Below are positions 52,959 to 62,928 of a stretch of DNA of 64,000 bases, piece after piece. Location: positions 3,712,001 through 3,776,000 of the forward strand of contig CBDIID010000003.1 of NCBI GenBank assembly GCA_965279515.1, given 5' to 3'. Below the pieces are notes generated by a model, which saw only the letters and a list, made by a program, of their open reading frames with translations, did no database searches and was not told the origin of the DNA. Source of the DNA: Turneriella sp. (GTDB taxonomy: Bacteria > Spirochaetota > Leptospiria > Turneriellales > Turneriellaceae). Numbering within the stretch: position 1 is the first letter of the stretch; the number at the start of each line of letters is the position of its first letter. A program made the translations under genes and the position numbers.

Positions 52959-54293
52959 GGTTCAATATCAGAACATCGGTAACGAAAAGTCATCACGACA
53001 TCGGTAACAGTTCTGCCTCAGGCTTTGCCGTGGTTTCCTCCTGATTTGGTGTAAACAAATAATTGTTCCGATCGATGTAGCCCAATAGCAGGCTACCGAA
53101 GTAGACGTCGATGCGCATGTCGGCGATAAACCGGAGCCCGATCGGGTAGCCGTTAAAAGAATTGCCGATAAATATCCGGTGCTGCTTGTAGTTGGTGTAA
53201 CCGCGGTCATTTACGATGCGTACGATGCAATCCTCAGGGTAGGCGGGTAGTACGTCGCCAGTATACGGAATTTCAGATGGTAGGTAGAACTCTGATGGCG
53301 TCCTCATGCCCAGGGCTTCATGCGGTCGCACATTGTTGAAGTCTTCGCGCCACTGATCAAACGAAATCTGGTGAAGCTTTAGATCACCGCGAATGCGCCC
53401 CTGCAGTTCCGTGCGGATGTCTCTGTGCATACGCTCATGGCCACCATTCTGGGCTGGCTTTCCCGGATCAATGCGGTCCAGAGAAATTCCCAAGGACAGC
53501 CACCAGACTGACAATTTTGTCAGGCCAAAGAGTCCCCACGATGATGCGAAAGGAGTTCCGTTGTCAGAGCGAATAATTTCCGGCAGACCATAGCGTTTGA
53601 AGAGTCTGGCAAAGTGTTGTTTTACATTGGAAATATTGCCCTTTTCCAGTATCTGTATCGACAGGATGTACTTACTGTACTCATCGCGAACTGTCAGAGG
53701 TTCGCATTTCTCTGCATGTGCAGTATACCACCACCCCTTGAAATCAACCGTCCATATGTGATTGGGATGCGTCGCCTTTTCGCGAAGCATCAGCCTCTCT
53801 CCGGTTCTGCGGCGCTTCTTTCCTCTTGGCCTTGTCAGACCAGAGCGCGCCAGAAGGCGATCGACTGTAGGCACTGAAATATCGCCTTTGCGCTCGGGGT
53901 AAAGCCTGCAGAAGACCGCATAGATCTTCTTGGCTCCCCAGCGAGGCCTGTTATTCTTTATGCGAATAATGTCGCAGATTGTTTCTTCGTCAGTGCGGTT
54001 CGGATTGCCTCCTGGTTTTCGTGACAACTCCGCCAATCCAGCTAAGCCTTTTTCCAGAAACCTTGCCTTCCACTTGTACCCTGTCTTGGTGCTGATACCA
54101 AACTCGCGGCACAGCTCTGTGAAACTCTCTACGCCCTCCAGGGCGCGAAAGACAAAAGATCTTTTCTCTTCCATTTTGGTAACCTCTTTCCACGGCATTT
54201 GAGCCCCCTGCCGAAGGCAGGCAAAAGCTCTTTGCGAAGCAAAGTGTTACCGATGTCTTGATAGAAATGTGTTACCTATGTCGTGATAGTACC
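52959..54293 (-). mobile_element. IS481-family element, copy 3 (1335 bp)
   Basis: Near-identical to the other copies; one end reads GGTTC; duplicated target CGCA. Confidence 0.92.
52993..54198 (-). CDS. IS481-family DDE transposase
   Basis: Protein identical to the other two copies. Confidence 0.93.
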   Translation of the reverse strand: MPWKEVTKMEEKRSFVFRALEGVESFTELCREFGISTKTGYKWKARFLEKGLAGLAELSRKPGGNPNRTDEETICDIIRIKNNRPRWGAKKIYAVFCRLYPERKGDISVPTVDRLLARSGLTRPRGKKRRRTGERLMLREKATHPNHIWTVDFKGWWYTAHAEKCEPLTVRDEYSKYILSIQILEKGNISNVKQHFARLFKRYGLPEIIRSDNGTPFASSWGLFGLTKLSVWWLSLGISLDRIDPGKPAQNGGHERMHRDIRTELQGRIRGDLKLHQISFDQWREDFNNVRPHEALGMRTPSEFYLPSEIPYTGDVLPAYPEDCIVRIVNDRGYTNYKQHRIFIGNSFNGYPIGLRFIADMRIDVYFGSLLLGYIDRNNYLFTPNQEETTAKPEAELLPMS

Positions 54294-54637
54294 CGCAATT
54301 ATCTCAGACAACGCGGAATTTACCTGACGTTTGGTGACACATGTGTCATTATTTTAATCAGGAAAGCCGTCTTGTGTCACCAAATGTGCCCGGAGCGCCT
54401 CGCGGCAAAGCACAAAACAAGCGTCCCGCTTGTGCTTTGTCCGCGATCTCCGGCGCGTAGGGCCGAGCACGCGAGGAGCCACGGCACCGCAGCGAGCGCA
54501 GCAGGTAAATTTTGTTGTCTGAAGTAATTGCGCCTGAGAGCACGGGCATGGAGGCCCGTGCGACAAAGATTAAATTGTCATAACAGCGGAATCTCTACTT
54601 TTCGCGGACAAAGATTTTGCAGGAAATTAGAGGTATT

Positions 54638-57600
54638 CTACGCTTTGGGACTATCTAACGTTACCTTGCAGAGAACAGCAAGCTGAGATACTAATTCAAC
54701 GTTTTCTTCATTTCCTTGCACTTTTGTCAGGAGTGACTGTAGGGGCTTCCTGATTACATCAGGAAAATGCTCCTGAGGCTTGAAAGCGTTATTCGCATCA
54801 GGTGAGAGTAAAAAAATCATCCATTTAATGTGTTCGAAGTCTTCCTTTTTAATGAAATCTTCGATGGCTTCCTGTATGGTTTTTACTTCTTTGAAAAGCT
54901 CCTCTTTGACAAAATAATTCTTATTGATATCAAGAAATGCCGCTGGAACTCTAAATGCGTTATCGCGCAATATATTTGTCATACTGGATGCGTAATGTTT
55001 CTGGAAACTGGAGCCCATGGCGTCTATAATTCCTGTCCAATTACTTTCCGTCCATTTGCCCCACTTGGGAGCTTTGAATACTCCCTGCATGTATTTCGTA
55101 ATTGCATCAAGATAGTTATTTTCAAGGCAAAAATCTGGTTTTTTCTTTTTTACGAGCGTAGGAATGGCGCGCAGATATGACTCTTCCTCAAAAGTCTTAA
55201 GCCATTCGGCTTGAGTAATATTACTCAAATCTCTGGCTATCTTTGCTAGTAGTGTTGGGTTGTTTGTTTGATGTGCTACGTAGTAGAATACCCCAGGAAA
55301 GGCTGAACATGTTCGCGTTTCTATTAGAGCTTGATTTTCTAAGTCACCAAACTCTATGAGTAATGATGCAACTTTCTCGCGCAGATTTTGTGTTGTGACG
55401 GAAAGATAAGACTGGTAACGATCAAATGCATTGTCGATCCGGAAGATTTCTGCTGTTTCCAATTCATTTAGCACCGCTTCGATAATTACGCCAGCCTTTT
55501 TACAAGCCGTTTCGCTTGCTATGTCCCATGGGAGGGACCAGAGTTGGTATCTCTTAATTTCCAAGAGGAGTTTAGTCGTTTCTGTATCATCTTGACTCGA
55601 CCAAATCCCCTTAATATCAGATAATCCCTGGGAACTGAGAGGGAAGTTGCCGGCAGGGTCAGAAATTTGAGTCGTTTGAATTTTCGACTTGAAAACGAAA
55701 GCATAGAAAATCGCGCCATGAACGAGGTCCGCTGCCTTCCGTTGAGTCAGAAGATTATAATAGGCCGGATTTTTCGCAATGGCAATTGCGTCCTCTGAAG
55801 GGCCTTCAGGCCGAATGCACAGCTGATTAATAACCTGAAATACTTGATTCTGCTGTGCTGGATTGCTGGAATTTTGCCAAACAATATAGGACTGGCAGGC
55901 CTTCAAGATTGGTGACCAATCGGCCGCGATGCCAGATTTTTGTACATAAAAGATCACATCCAATACCGGCGGGAATGGCTGACCTTGTTTTATGGCTGCC
56001 GCAAGTTCGGTAAAAAGGGTATTTGATGGCTGGATGAGTTTCGGAAAAACAATCTCCTCTGGAGTAATATGTCTTGTCCATAACAAAAGACCAGCGAGAT
56101 TTAATTCCTGAATTCTTTGCGACTTTGGAACTTTGGATTTCGCCTGTAGTAATTGCAAGTTTTCCTGAAGGCAATCGGCCATGAACGTCAGATTGCCGCC
56201 TTGTTGCGGGTCTAAATTAAAGCGCAAAGTCCTGATCAAGTGCTCATACATTTCGACTAAGAATTTTTCCTCCTGTCCGCAGATACGCAACAGAGCCAAA
56301 TAGGACTCCCTGTTTTCACTTGATAAGGGAGTCAGAGTGACCCGATCCAGAATTAGAGAGCTCACGTTTTTGATAAAAATATTCAATGTAAATTGCTTCT
56401 GTGCTGCAAAAAGCTCTAATGGTTTCGCGGCTGCCAAGGCGTATTCTAGAGATATTTCCGTGTGCTCAAAATGATAGTTCAAGATACCATGGAATGTCGA
56501 ACCGTGAATATTGGACAGTTCTAGGAGTCTTTCTTGGTTGCTATTGTTTAAGGCATCCGAAATCTCGGGTTGAAGAAGCAATTGCTCACCTTTTGCCGGA
56601 GAAACGCCGAAAACCAAGCCGGCAAGATCCTTGAAGTAACCTTCTGACAATGCTAATTGGTGCTTGGGATTTACCAAGCGCCTTTCAACGAGGCTGGCAC
56701 GGATTTTTTGGGTATCCCAAAAATCCAATTCCCGCCAGCAGGCGTAATAAATAATACTGGAAATATGCACCTGATCGCCCCATAGAGATGCTAGAAAACC
56801 AATTTGGTTAATGACGTTTTTAATTTCTCTAGGGGTCGGCATGTCCCCAATGCTATTCCGGGTTGTTCGGATGATCTTTGTTACCAGCTCAATTTCCTCA
56901 TCACTCCAGTTAATCAGGCTGTCTTTTGCAAGTTCTTTGGTGAATTTCTCCCAACCAGAGAAAATTGGTTTTGGCACATCGAGGCGCAGTTGAAAACACT
57001 TATCGAAGAATGACTTTGAAATTTCCTGCTGAACCCTTGATTTCGATCGCTCGTTCCACTGTTTTTCTAAGCCATTTTTGTCGTAGGGAACAATGATCCA
57101 AATCTTATCAAAGAGATCTTTTCTGCGAACGGCATCGCCTCGGACTTGCAGAAATGTTTGGAGGGTGGACCAAACTTTGATAAAGTCTTCCTTATCGATT
57201 CTATCCAGATTATCTACGACAAGAACCATTTTCTTTAGTTCAGGGTTGCTCAGCACGATACTTAAAATTTGCTCGAAATATACTTCAAATTCAACCGATG
57301 ATCTCTCATCGCTCTCAGAAACCTCCTGTGAAACTTTCTGTACAGAGTCATTCTGGAGAAAGCGCCAGTTTCTCTTGTGGAATATTTTTCGTGCTTTTTT
57401 GCCAAGCACGACCTTTCCAAATACCTTAAAAATACCGCGTTGGATAACATGGAACAAGAATTTCAAGGCCAAGATAATGACTGGTCCCGATATTGTGAGC
57501 CAACCCAGAATCGTTAAAATCAGTATATTTCGATCAGAAACGTATTCGTGTTTTGAAAGATATACCATACAAGCAGTCCCGATGGGTATAAAAAACGCGG

Positions 57601-58045
57601 CTGTCGCTACAGCCTTGCCCAACATTGTTGTTCCTTGGAATGTCTTAATGCGAGCGCTTTTCTTCCGATTCCCGACTATTCGGTCCAGACGTTTTAACTG
57701 GAGGGTCTCCTTATCGGATACGTAAGGTTTTACGCTGGCGATAATCGTTTCCAAGAATATCCGTCTTAGGGGATCTCCCTCGTGAGCCCAAGCATCGAAT
57801 TGTATGACAGGGATCTTTAGATTTGCATCCTTGATTTTTTTTGATAGAATAGAAATAACTGTTGATTTTCCAGAGCCCCATGAGCCTTCTAGGCCAATAG
57901 AGATACTTGGCGATTCCGATGTAACCAGCGTAAAAAGCGCAGCGGCCAATTTTTCATGTGTTTTGTCTTCAAAGGCATCGCTTTCTACAGTCCGTTCAGG
58001 CAGAATCTTGAATCGATATTTCGAAGTGGCTGTGAGGCTTTCCAT
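54638..58045 (-). CDS. KAP-family P-loop NTPase with long helical C-terminal extension
   Basis: IGLEGSWGSGKS Walker A, FDAWAH, two TM helices inserted, VVDNLDRI Walker B, FFDKCFQ, TPREIK. Confidence 0.88.
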   Translation of the reverse strand: MESLTATSKYRFKILPERTVESDAFEDKTHEKLAAALFTLVTSESPSISIGLEGSWGSGKSTVISILSKKIKDANLKIPVIQFDAWAHEGDPLRRIFLETIIASVKPYVSDKETLQLKRLDRIVGNRKKSARIKTFQGTTMLGKAVATAAFFIPIGTACMVYLSKHEYVSDRNILILTILGWLTISGPVIILALKFLFHVIQRGIFKVFGKVVLGKKARKIFHKRNWRFLQNDSVQKVSQEVSESDERSSVEFEVYFEQILSIVLSNPELKKMVLVVDNLDRIDKEDFIKVWSTLQTFLQVRGDAVRRKDLFDKIWIIVPYDKNGLEKQWNERSKSRVQQEISKSFFDKCFQLRLDVPKPIFSGWEKFTKELAKDSLINWSDEEIELVTKIIRTTRNSIGDMPTPREIKNVINQIGFLASLWGDQVHISSIIYYACWRELDFWDTQKIRASLVERRLVNPKHQLALSEGYFKDLAGLVFGVSPAKGEQLLLQPEISDALNNSNQERLLELSNIHGSTFHGILNYHFEHTEISLEYALAAAKPLELFAAQKQFTLNIFIKNVSSLILDRVTLTPLSSENRESYLALLRICGQEEKFLVEMYEHLIRTLRFNLDPQQGGNLTFMADCLQENLQLLQAKSKVPKSQRIQELNLAGLLLWTRHITPEEIVFPKLIQPSNTLFTELAAAIKQGQPFPPVLDVIFYVQKSGIAADWSPILKACQSYIVWQNSSNPAQQNQVFQVINQLCIRPEGPSEDAIAIAKNPAYYNLLTQRKAADLVHGAIFYAFVFKSKIQTTQISDPAGNFPLSSQGLSDIKGIWSSQDDTETTKLLLEIKRYQLWSLPWDIASETACKKAGVIIEAVLNELETAEIFRIDNAFDRYQSYLSVTTQNLREKVASLLIEFGDLENQALIETRTCSAFPGVFYYVAHQTNNPTLLAKIARDLSNITQAEWLKTFEEESYLRAIPTLVKKKKPDFCLENNYLDAITKYMQGVFKAPKWGKWTESNWTGIIDAMGSSFQKHYASSMTNILRDNAFRVPAAFLDINKNYFVKEELFKEVKTIQEAIEDFIKKEDFEHIKWMIFLLSPDANNAFKPQEHFPDVIRKPLQSLLTKVQGNEENVELVSQLAVLCKVTLDSPKA

Positions 58046-58840
58046 AATGTGCTGATCTATTTCACGTTATGCTGACATTCCGTAGTTATTTTTTTTTAAT
58101 TTGGAAAGCATATAGCTTGCCCTACGCCATGTCAAATAATAGACTTATGCATAAATAAAAGCTATTGGCAAATTCGGGGACTCGCGCTTGCTTGAAGTTT
58201 GCTGATTGCGCCATTGCAGATTGGTTATTACGCGTATAAGACGCCTGGCTGTAAAGCCAGCTTAGCGCACGTTGAAGCTATTAGGACTGGTTTTTTACGC
58301 TCGTGATTTCTTAGGGCTGGCCATTTTATTAGCCTGAGAATTACATTCTGTAGACGTGCGATTAGGGACCAAGCACGCATTTTTCAGGAGCATTATCCTG
58401 CATATCCGGAGTCTCAACTTGGTCAATGCGCCGACACGAGGTCGGCGAATAACAGAGGCGCAATTATTTCAGACAACGTGGATTTTACGCTGACGTTTTT
58501 TGACGCTTGTGTCATTTATTCAATCTGTAAAGCCGATTTGCGTCAAAAAATGTGGTCGTAGCGGCTCGCGGCGACGCGCGAAAACACACCTCCCGGTGTG
58601 CGCGTCGTCCGCGATCTTTGCCGCGGAGACCCGAGCACGCGAGGAGCTACGGCACCGCAGCGGCGCAGCGCGTAAAATTTGTTCTCTGCCGTAACCGCTT
58701 CGGATAGCCCGGTCATGGATGGCCGGGCGTAAACAGGTCGATTGAGGATCGATCAATTCCATAACGCTTTAAATTAAGGTTAAAAGGATGTTTACGCTAT
58801 TTCGGTAAAGAATCCTTAGGTTACGCGGAGTTAAATTTTC

Positions 58841-59374
58841 ATGGTAAAAATTTGCATTTATTTATTTCCATTTTTGCTGCTCAACTGTACGAGTGCATAC
58901 AAACACGTAAAATCCGCCGATTCGGCAATGGTCCGGTTTATTATACCTGAAACTGAAAAGGATGTTACATCAGTCGGTGTTTATATTAACAGTGACTCAA
59001 GCTGTAGCGGCGCTACCAAGGTTCGACAGCTTGGGGGAGTTCAACTTGGGGGCATGGCTTCAAGTGATGCGGAGATTGGTATGCCAAAAGACCCGAAGCA
59101 AAAGTATTCAGGTAACAGTTATGCCGAAATTTCTGTAGTGCCTGCCCAACCACTCTATTTTACTCTGGCGGGAATGTATTTTGGAAAAAAATGCAAACTC
59201 ACAATGTTTTTTGTCCCCAAATCCAATACTAATTATGAAGTTCGCTACACAACTGAAGGGAGAAGGTGTAACATACTCATCGATGAGATTGAGCTAAAGA
59301 ACGCGCAGCTTATTTATCGAGAAGAGGTTTCTGCGAAGCGCAATCCAAAAACCTGTAGTTTCTATTGGAACTAA
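58841..59374 (+). CDS. Putative lipoprotein
   Basis: Spirochete-type lipobox LLLNC. Confidence 0.7.
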   Translation: MVKICIYLFPFLLLNCTSAYKHVKSADSAMVRFIIPETEKDVTSVGVYINSDSSCSGATKVRQLGGVQLGGMASSDAEIGMPKDPKQKYSGNSYAEISVVPAQPLYFTLAGMYFGKKCKLTMFFVPKSNTNYEVRYTTEGRRCNILIDEIELKNAQLIYREEVSAKRNPKTCSFYWN

Positions 59375-59838
59375 TTTGGGTTTTCTTGGCATAAAGTGCA
59401 ATTAAATGTCTGCGCCCACACGATGTGGGCGAGACCGAATGAGAACTATTGCGGTTATGGCAGAGAACGCGGAATTTACCTGACGTTTGGTGACACTTGT
59501 GTCATTAATTCAATCAGAAAAGCCGCCTTGTGTCACCAAATGTGCCCGGAGCGCCTCGCGGCAAAGCACAAAACAAGCGTCCCGCTTGTGCTTTGTCCGC
59601 GATCTTCTGGCGCGTAGGGCCGAGCACGCGAGGAGCCACGGCACCGCAGCGAGCGCAGCAGGTAAATTTTGTTGTCTGAAGTGATTGCGCCTGTGAGCCC
59701 GGGCAAGGAAGCCCGGGCGACAAGTTTAGGAACTGTGACGTCAGAAATTAGTTGGCTTAGCGACCTATTATTTAACTTTATGATTGCCAATTTATAATTG
59801 CTTTAATACTCTAGTCAAATCGGTATCACAGGTAGGAA

Positions 59839-60558
59839 ATGAAAATTGATAATGCTGGTTTTGTGAATCGGGGACTCGTGACTTTGCGTGGCTTTCTCGA
59901 CCAAAAGAAAGTCGCGGCTGCCCGCGAATCGATTTTCGCAGAGCTGGAAAGATTGAAAATTAAAGTTAATGGAAAAATTGTGTCTTCTAAAGTACAGAAT
60001 TTACCTATCTTCCAACAAACGGTTCGGCTCGGTCAGCTGATAAGGGTTGGCGATCAGATTGGCCGTCTGTTTTCGGAGGATTTATTAAGTGTAGCAGATT
60101 CTTTGGCTGGATCAACATTGCGGGCCGCAACTGCTGAGCCACAGGTTTTGCTTTCGTTGCCTCATAAAGCAGATTGGTCACTGGCCAATTTGAACTGGCA
60201 TTTGGATTTGGCACCATTAAAAATTGATCAAATTCTAGGCATCCAGGCCTTTATCTTGATTAACGACGTGCACCCCCACGGGGGCGCGACCCTCGCTTTA
60301 GCAGGATCTCACAAGCTACATTATATATATTTCAACCACAATGCTCATGCGATTCTCAGAGAACATTCCGACTTCTATGTCAAACCGGAAAAATTTTCGC
60401 AGGCCCAAGTTGTGTGCGGAACCCATGTGCAAATCGTAGAAATGTGCGGACGAGCAGGTGACGTGTTTCTTATGGATCTACGTGTTCTACATTCACCTTC
60501 GATAAACTCGAATCGCGAAATTAGAATGATGGCGACTAATCGTTTTCTAAAATCGTAA
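59839..60558 (+). CDS. Phytanoyl-CoA dioxygenase (PhyH)-family Fe/2OG oxygenase
   Basis: WHLD, GGATLALAGSH, AGDVFLMDLRVLHS, R. Confidence 0.85.
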   Translation: MKIDNAGFVNRGLVTLRGFLDQKKVAAARESIFAELERLKIKVNGKIVSSKVQNLPIFQQTVRLGQLIRVGDQIGRLFSEDLLSVADSLAGSTLRAATAEPQVLLSLPHKADWSLANLNWHLDLAPLKIDQILGIQAFILINDVHPHGGATLALAGSHKLHYIYFNHNAHAILREHSDFYVKPEKFSQAQVVCGTHVQIVEMCGRAGDVFLMDLRVLHSPSINSNREIRMMATNRFLKS

Positions 60559-60911
60559 TGTAGAACTCTGCGGCAGGAAAATGGACTTGCGAAGGAAAAG
60601 AAGCCGCCTCTACTTCTAATACTGAGTGAACAAAGCATTAATATCAAGATATGGAATAGCGCCGACACGGAAGTCGGCGGATGACAAAGGCGCAATCATT
60701 TCAGACAACGTGGAAAATACCCGAATTGCGCCCCCGCGGGTGTAAAGTGCAAATAAACACGGTTTATGCGACTTTCGTGGGAGCGCATTTGCCCGTAGCG
60801 CCTCGCGAGCCCGCCAATGCAGGCCCATTGGCCGGCGGGCGCAGCGATCTTCGGCGCGTAGGGCCGAGCACGCGAGCCAACGAAGTGCTCGCGGCGCAGC
60901 GGGTATTTTTT

Positions 60912-61105
60912 GTTAGCCGCCGTTACCGGATTCGCGCGGCTGGCGAACAACCCGAAGGTCAGCTATATACTGTAGTTCGATCTTATTAGTCACCGAGGAG
61001 TTGTCGCCAGGATCAAAGGCGTAAGCAGCGAAATCTGGCTGTACTCTCTGATAACAAATCCTCTTTTTCTCCCCTTCGGGCGCGAAGGAGGTAATGGTGG
61101 CTAAC
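60912..61105. repeat. Gene-less cassette, copy 7
   Basis: Near-identical to 23531-23724. Confidence 0.85.
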
Positions 61106-61322
61106 GTGGATTTTACGCTGACGTTTTTTGACGCCTGTGTCATTTATTCAATTTGTAAAGCCGATTTGCGTCAAAAAATGTGGTCGTAGCGGCTCGCGGC
61201 GACGCGCGAAAACACACCTCCCGGTGTGCGCGTCGTCCGCGATCTTTGCCGCGAAGACCCGAGCACGCGAGGAGCTACGGCACCGCAGCGGCGCAGCGCG
61301 TAAAATTTGTTGTGTGCCGTAA

Positions 61323-62132
61323 TTATGAGCAGGGCCCGGTACCAAAATCATCCGAAGTAGATAATTCTTTTCCGTTAAGGATGAACCGCTCTGGTTCTTT
61401 GGACTCAGGCAAATCTTTACCTTCTAGATTGGACAGCATAATCTTTTGTTTCGGGTTCTTCATATCGCAACCTTGAAAAGAGTATGATTTATCCTTGTGC
61501 CGTGTAATTATACCGTATAATAACTTAATCTTGCCATCTTTTAGCCCGTCAGCCGTCACGGCATGAGTCTGATTTGATAAGTTTATGACAATCGTCTTGA
61601 GTTCGTTTGTTAGAAATGTAACTTTGCCAACCTCGATATCAATTCTTTGCTGCAAAAGCCAACTCATGTGGCTTACGGAATATCTGCCGAATTTAACATC
61701 AAAAATTCGGGATATTGGTATTACCGGAGTTTTTAGTTTGCCGTCTTCATAATAGAGAAGGGCGGCTGCATTCCAAGAGTCACCAATTATTTCTGGCCAG
61801 TCATTAATAAAGAGCACCTTATTTCCTGATTCGTTAATATACCCTTTCATTGTCTGTGTGTAAGGTTGGTGCATATTCTGCAACAATTCAGAGGCAGTGA
61901 CTTTAAGTTCTTTAATTAGGGCCTTAGTATACTGTTCCCCCTCCGAATCATGGAGGTCATAGAGCTTCTTGCCAGTTTTCTGCTCAATTAATCTCCATAG
62001 ATGCTGATTCTTATTATCTCTCACTAAGCAATGAAGCTTCGTGGTATTACAGAAATTAAATGTGTGCCGCGGTTGATCTGAAAATATCTTCCAAAACGGA
62101 ATAAGGCAGATTAGGAATAAAATAAGTCTCAT
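61323..62132 (-). CDS. Hypothetical exported protein
   Basis: Signal-like N-terminus. Start and stop lie at the cassette arms. Confidence 0.7.
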   Translation of the reverse strand: MRLILFLICLIPFWKIFSDQPRHTFNFCNTTKLHCLVRDNKNQHLWRLIEQKTGKKLYDLHDSEGEQYTKALIKELKVTASELLQNMHQPYTQTMKGYINESGNKVLFINDWPEIIGDSWNAAALLYYEDGKLKTPVIPISRIFDVKFGRYSVSHMSWLLQQRIDIEVGKVTFLTNELKTIVINLSNQTHAVTADGLKDGKIKLLYGIITRHKDKSYSFQGCDMKNPKQKIMLSNLEGKDLPESKEPERFILNGKELSTSDDFGTGPCS

Positions 62133-62376
62133 AATTATGGCACACAACGTTGGATTTTACGCTGACGTTTTTTGACGCTTGTGTCATTTAATCAATCTGT
62201 AAAGCCGATTTGCGTCAAAAAATGTGGTCGTAGCGGCTCGCGGCGACGCGCAAAAACACACCTCCCGGTGTGCGCGTCGTCCGCGATCTTTGCCGCGAAG
62301 ACCCGAGCACGCGAGGAGCTACGGCACCGCAGCGGCGCAGCGCGTAAAATTTGTTGGCTGAAGTTGCCAACTCGGC

Positions 62377-62928
62377 TCAGTTAGCTCCGTGCAATGCTCT
62401 TTGAGCAATCTGGTAGGCTTTTGAACGGCTTATGCCGTTTGCGAAATCTTGATACAGTTCATGATCGACTTCTTTCAATTCTATTCTCGGCCGCTGGCCA
62501 GGAACTTGAAAATGAGCCACCGTTTGAAGATTTATTGTATCTGGGTAATACGGTAATGTATTGCAAAACCAACCAAAACTCTGATAACCTGAATTATCTG
62601 CATTGAAATTATCTACATACCATTCAAAGTTGGTTTTACTTTGCGAAACCCAAACACCCCAAGTAAAAGGTATTGGATAGTCAATAATCGGGATTTCTAA
62701 AATTACACGAATAAAATAATCATCTGGTGAAATTGTGCATAAATCACTATTTAATTGTCCAAGCGAATTCTGGTCCTCTTCGGACAAAGCCGAATAGTAA
62801 GCTGGGGCAGCGTAGCTGAAACTCGGATCACCTTTGTGCTCTTTTCCGCATTCTATGCATTTGAACGTAAATGCATCGAGGCCTTTATTCTCTTCAGAGG
62901 TTTGATGCCTTTTTGAGTCTTCTTTCAT
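62377..62928 (-). CDS. DUF2199-family protein
   Basis: CIECGKEH...SDLC...FIRVILEIPI...WGVWVS.S...RP. Confidence 0.8.
   Translation of the reverse strand: MKEDSKRHQTSEENKGLDAFTFKCIECGKEHKGDPSFSYAAPAYYSALSEEDQNSLGQLNSDLCTISPDDYFIRVILEIPIIDYPIPFTWGVWVSQSKTNFEWYVDNFNADNSGYQSFGWFCNTLPYYPDTINLQTVAHFQVPGQRPRIELKEVDHELYQDFANGISRSKAYQIAQRALHGAN

Noticed and set aside
28503..54293. Composite transposon formed by IS481 pairs
   Set aside because: Each copy has its own matching TSD, indicating independent insertions.
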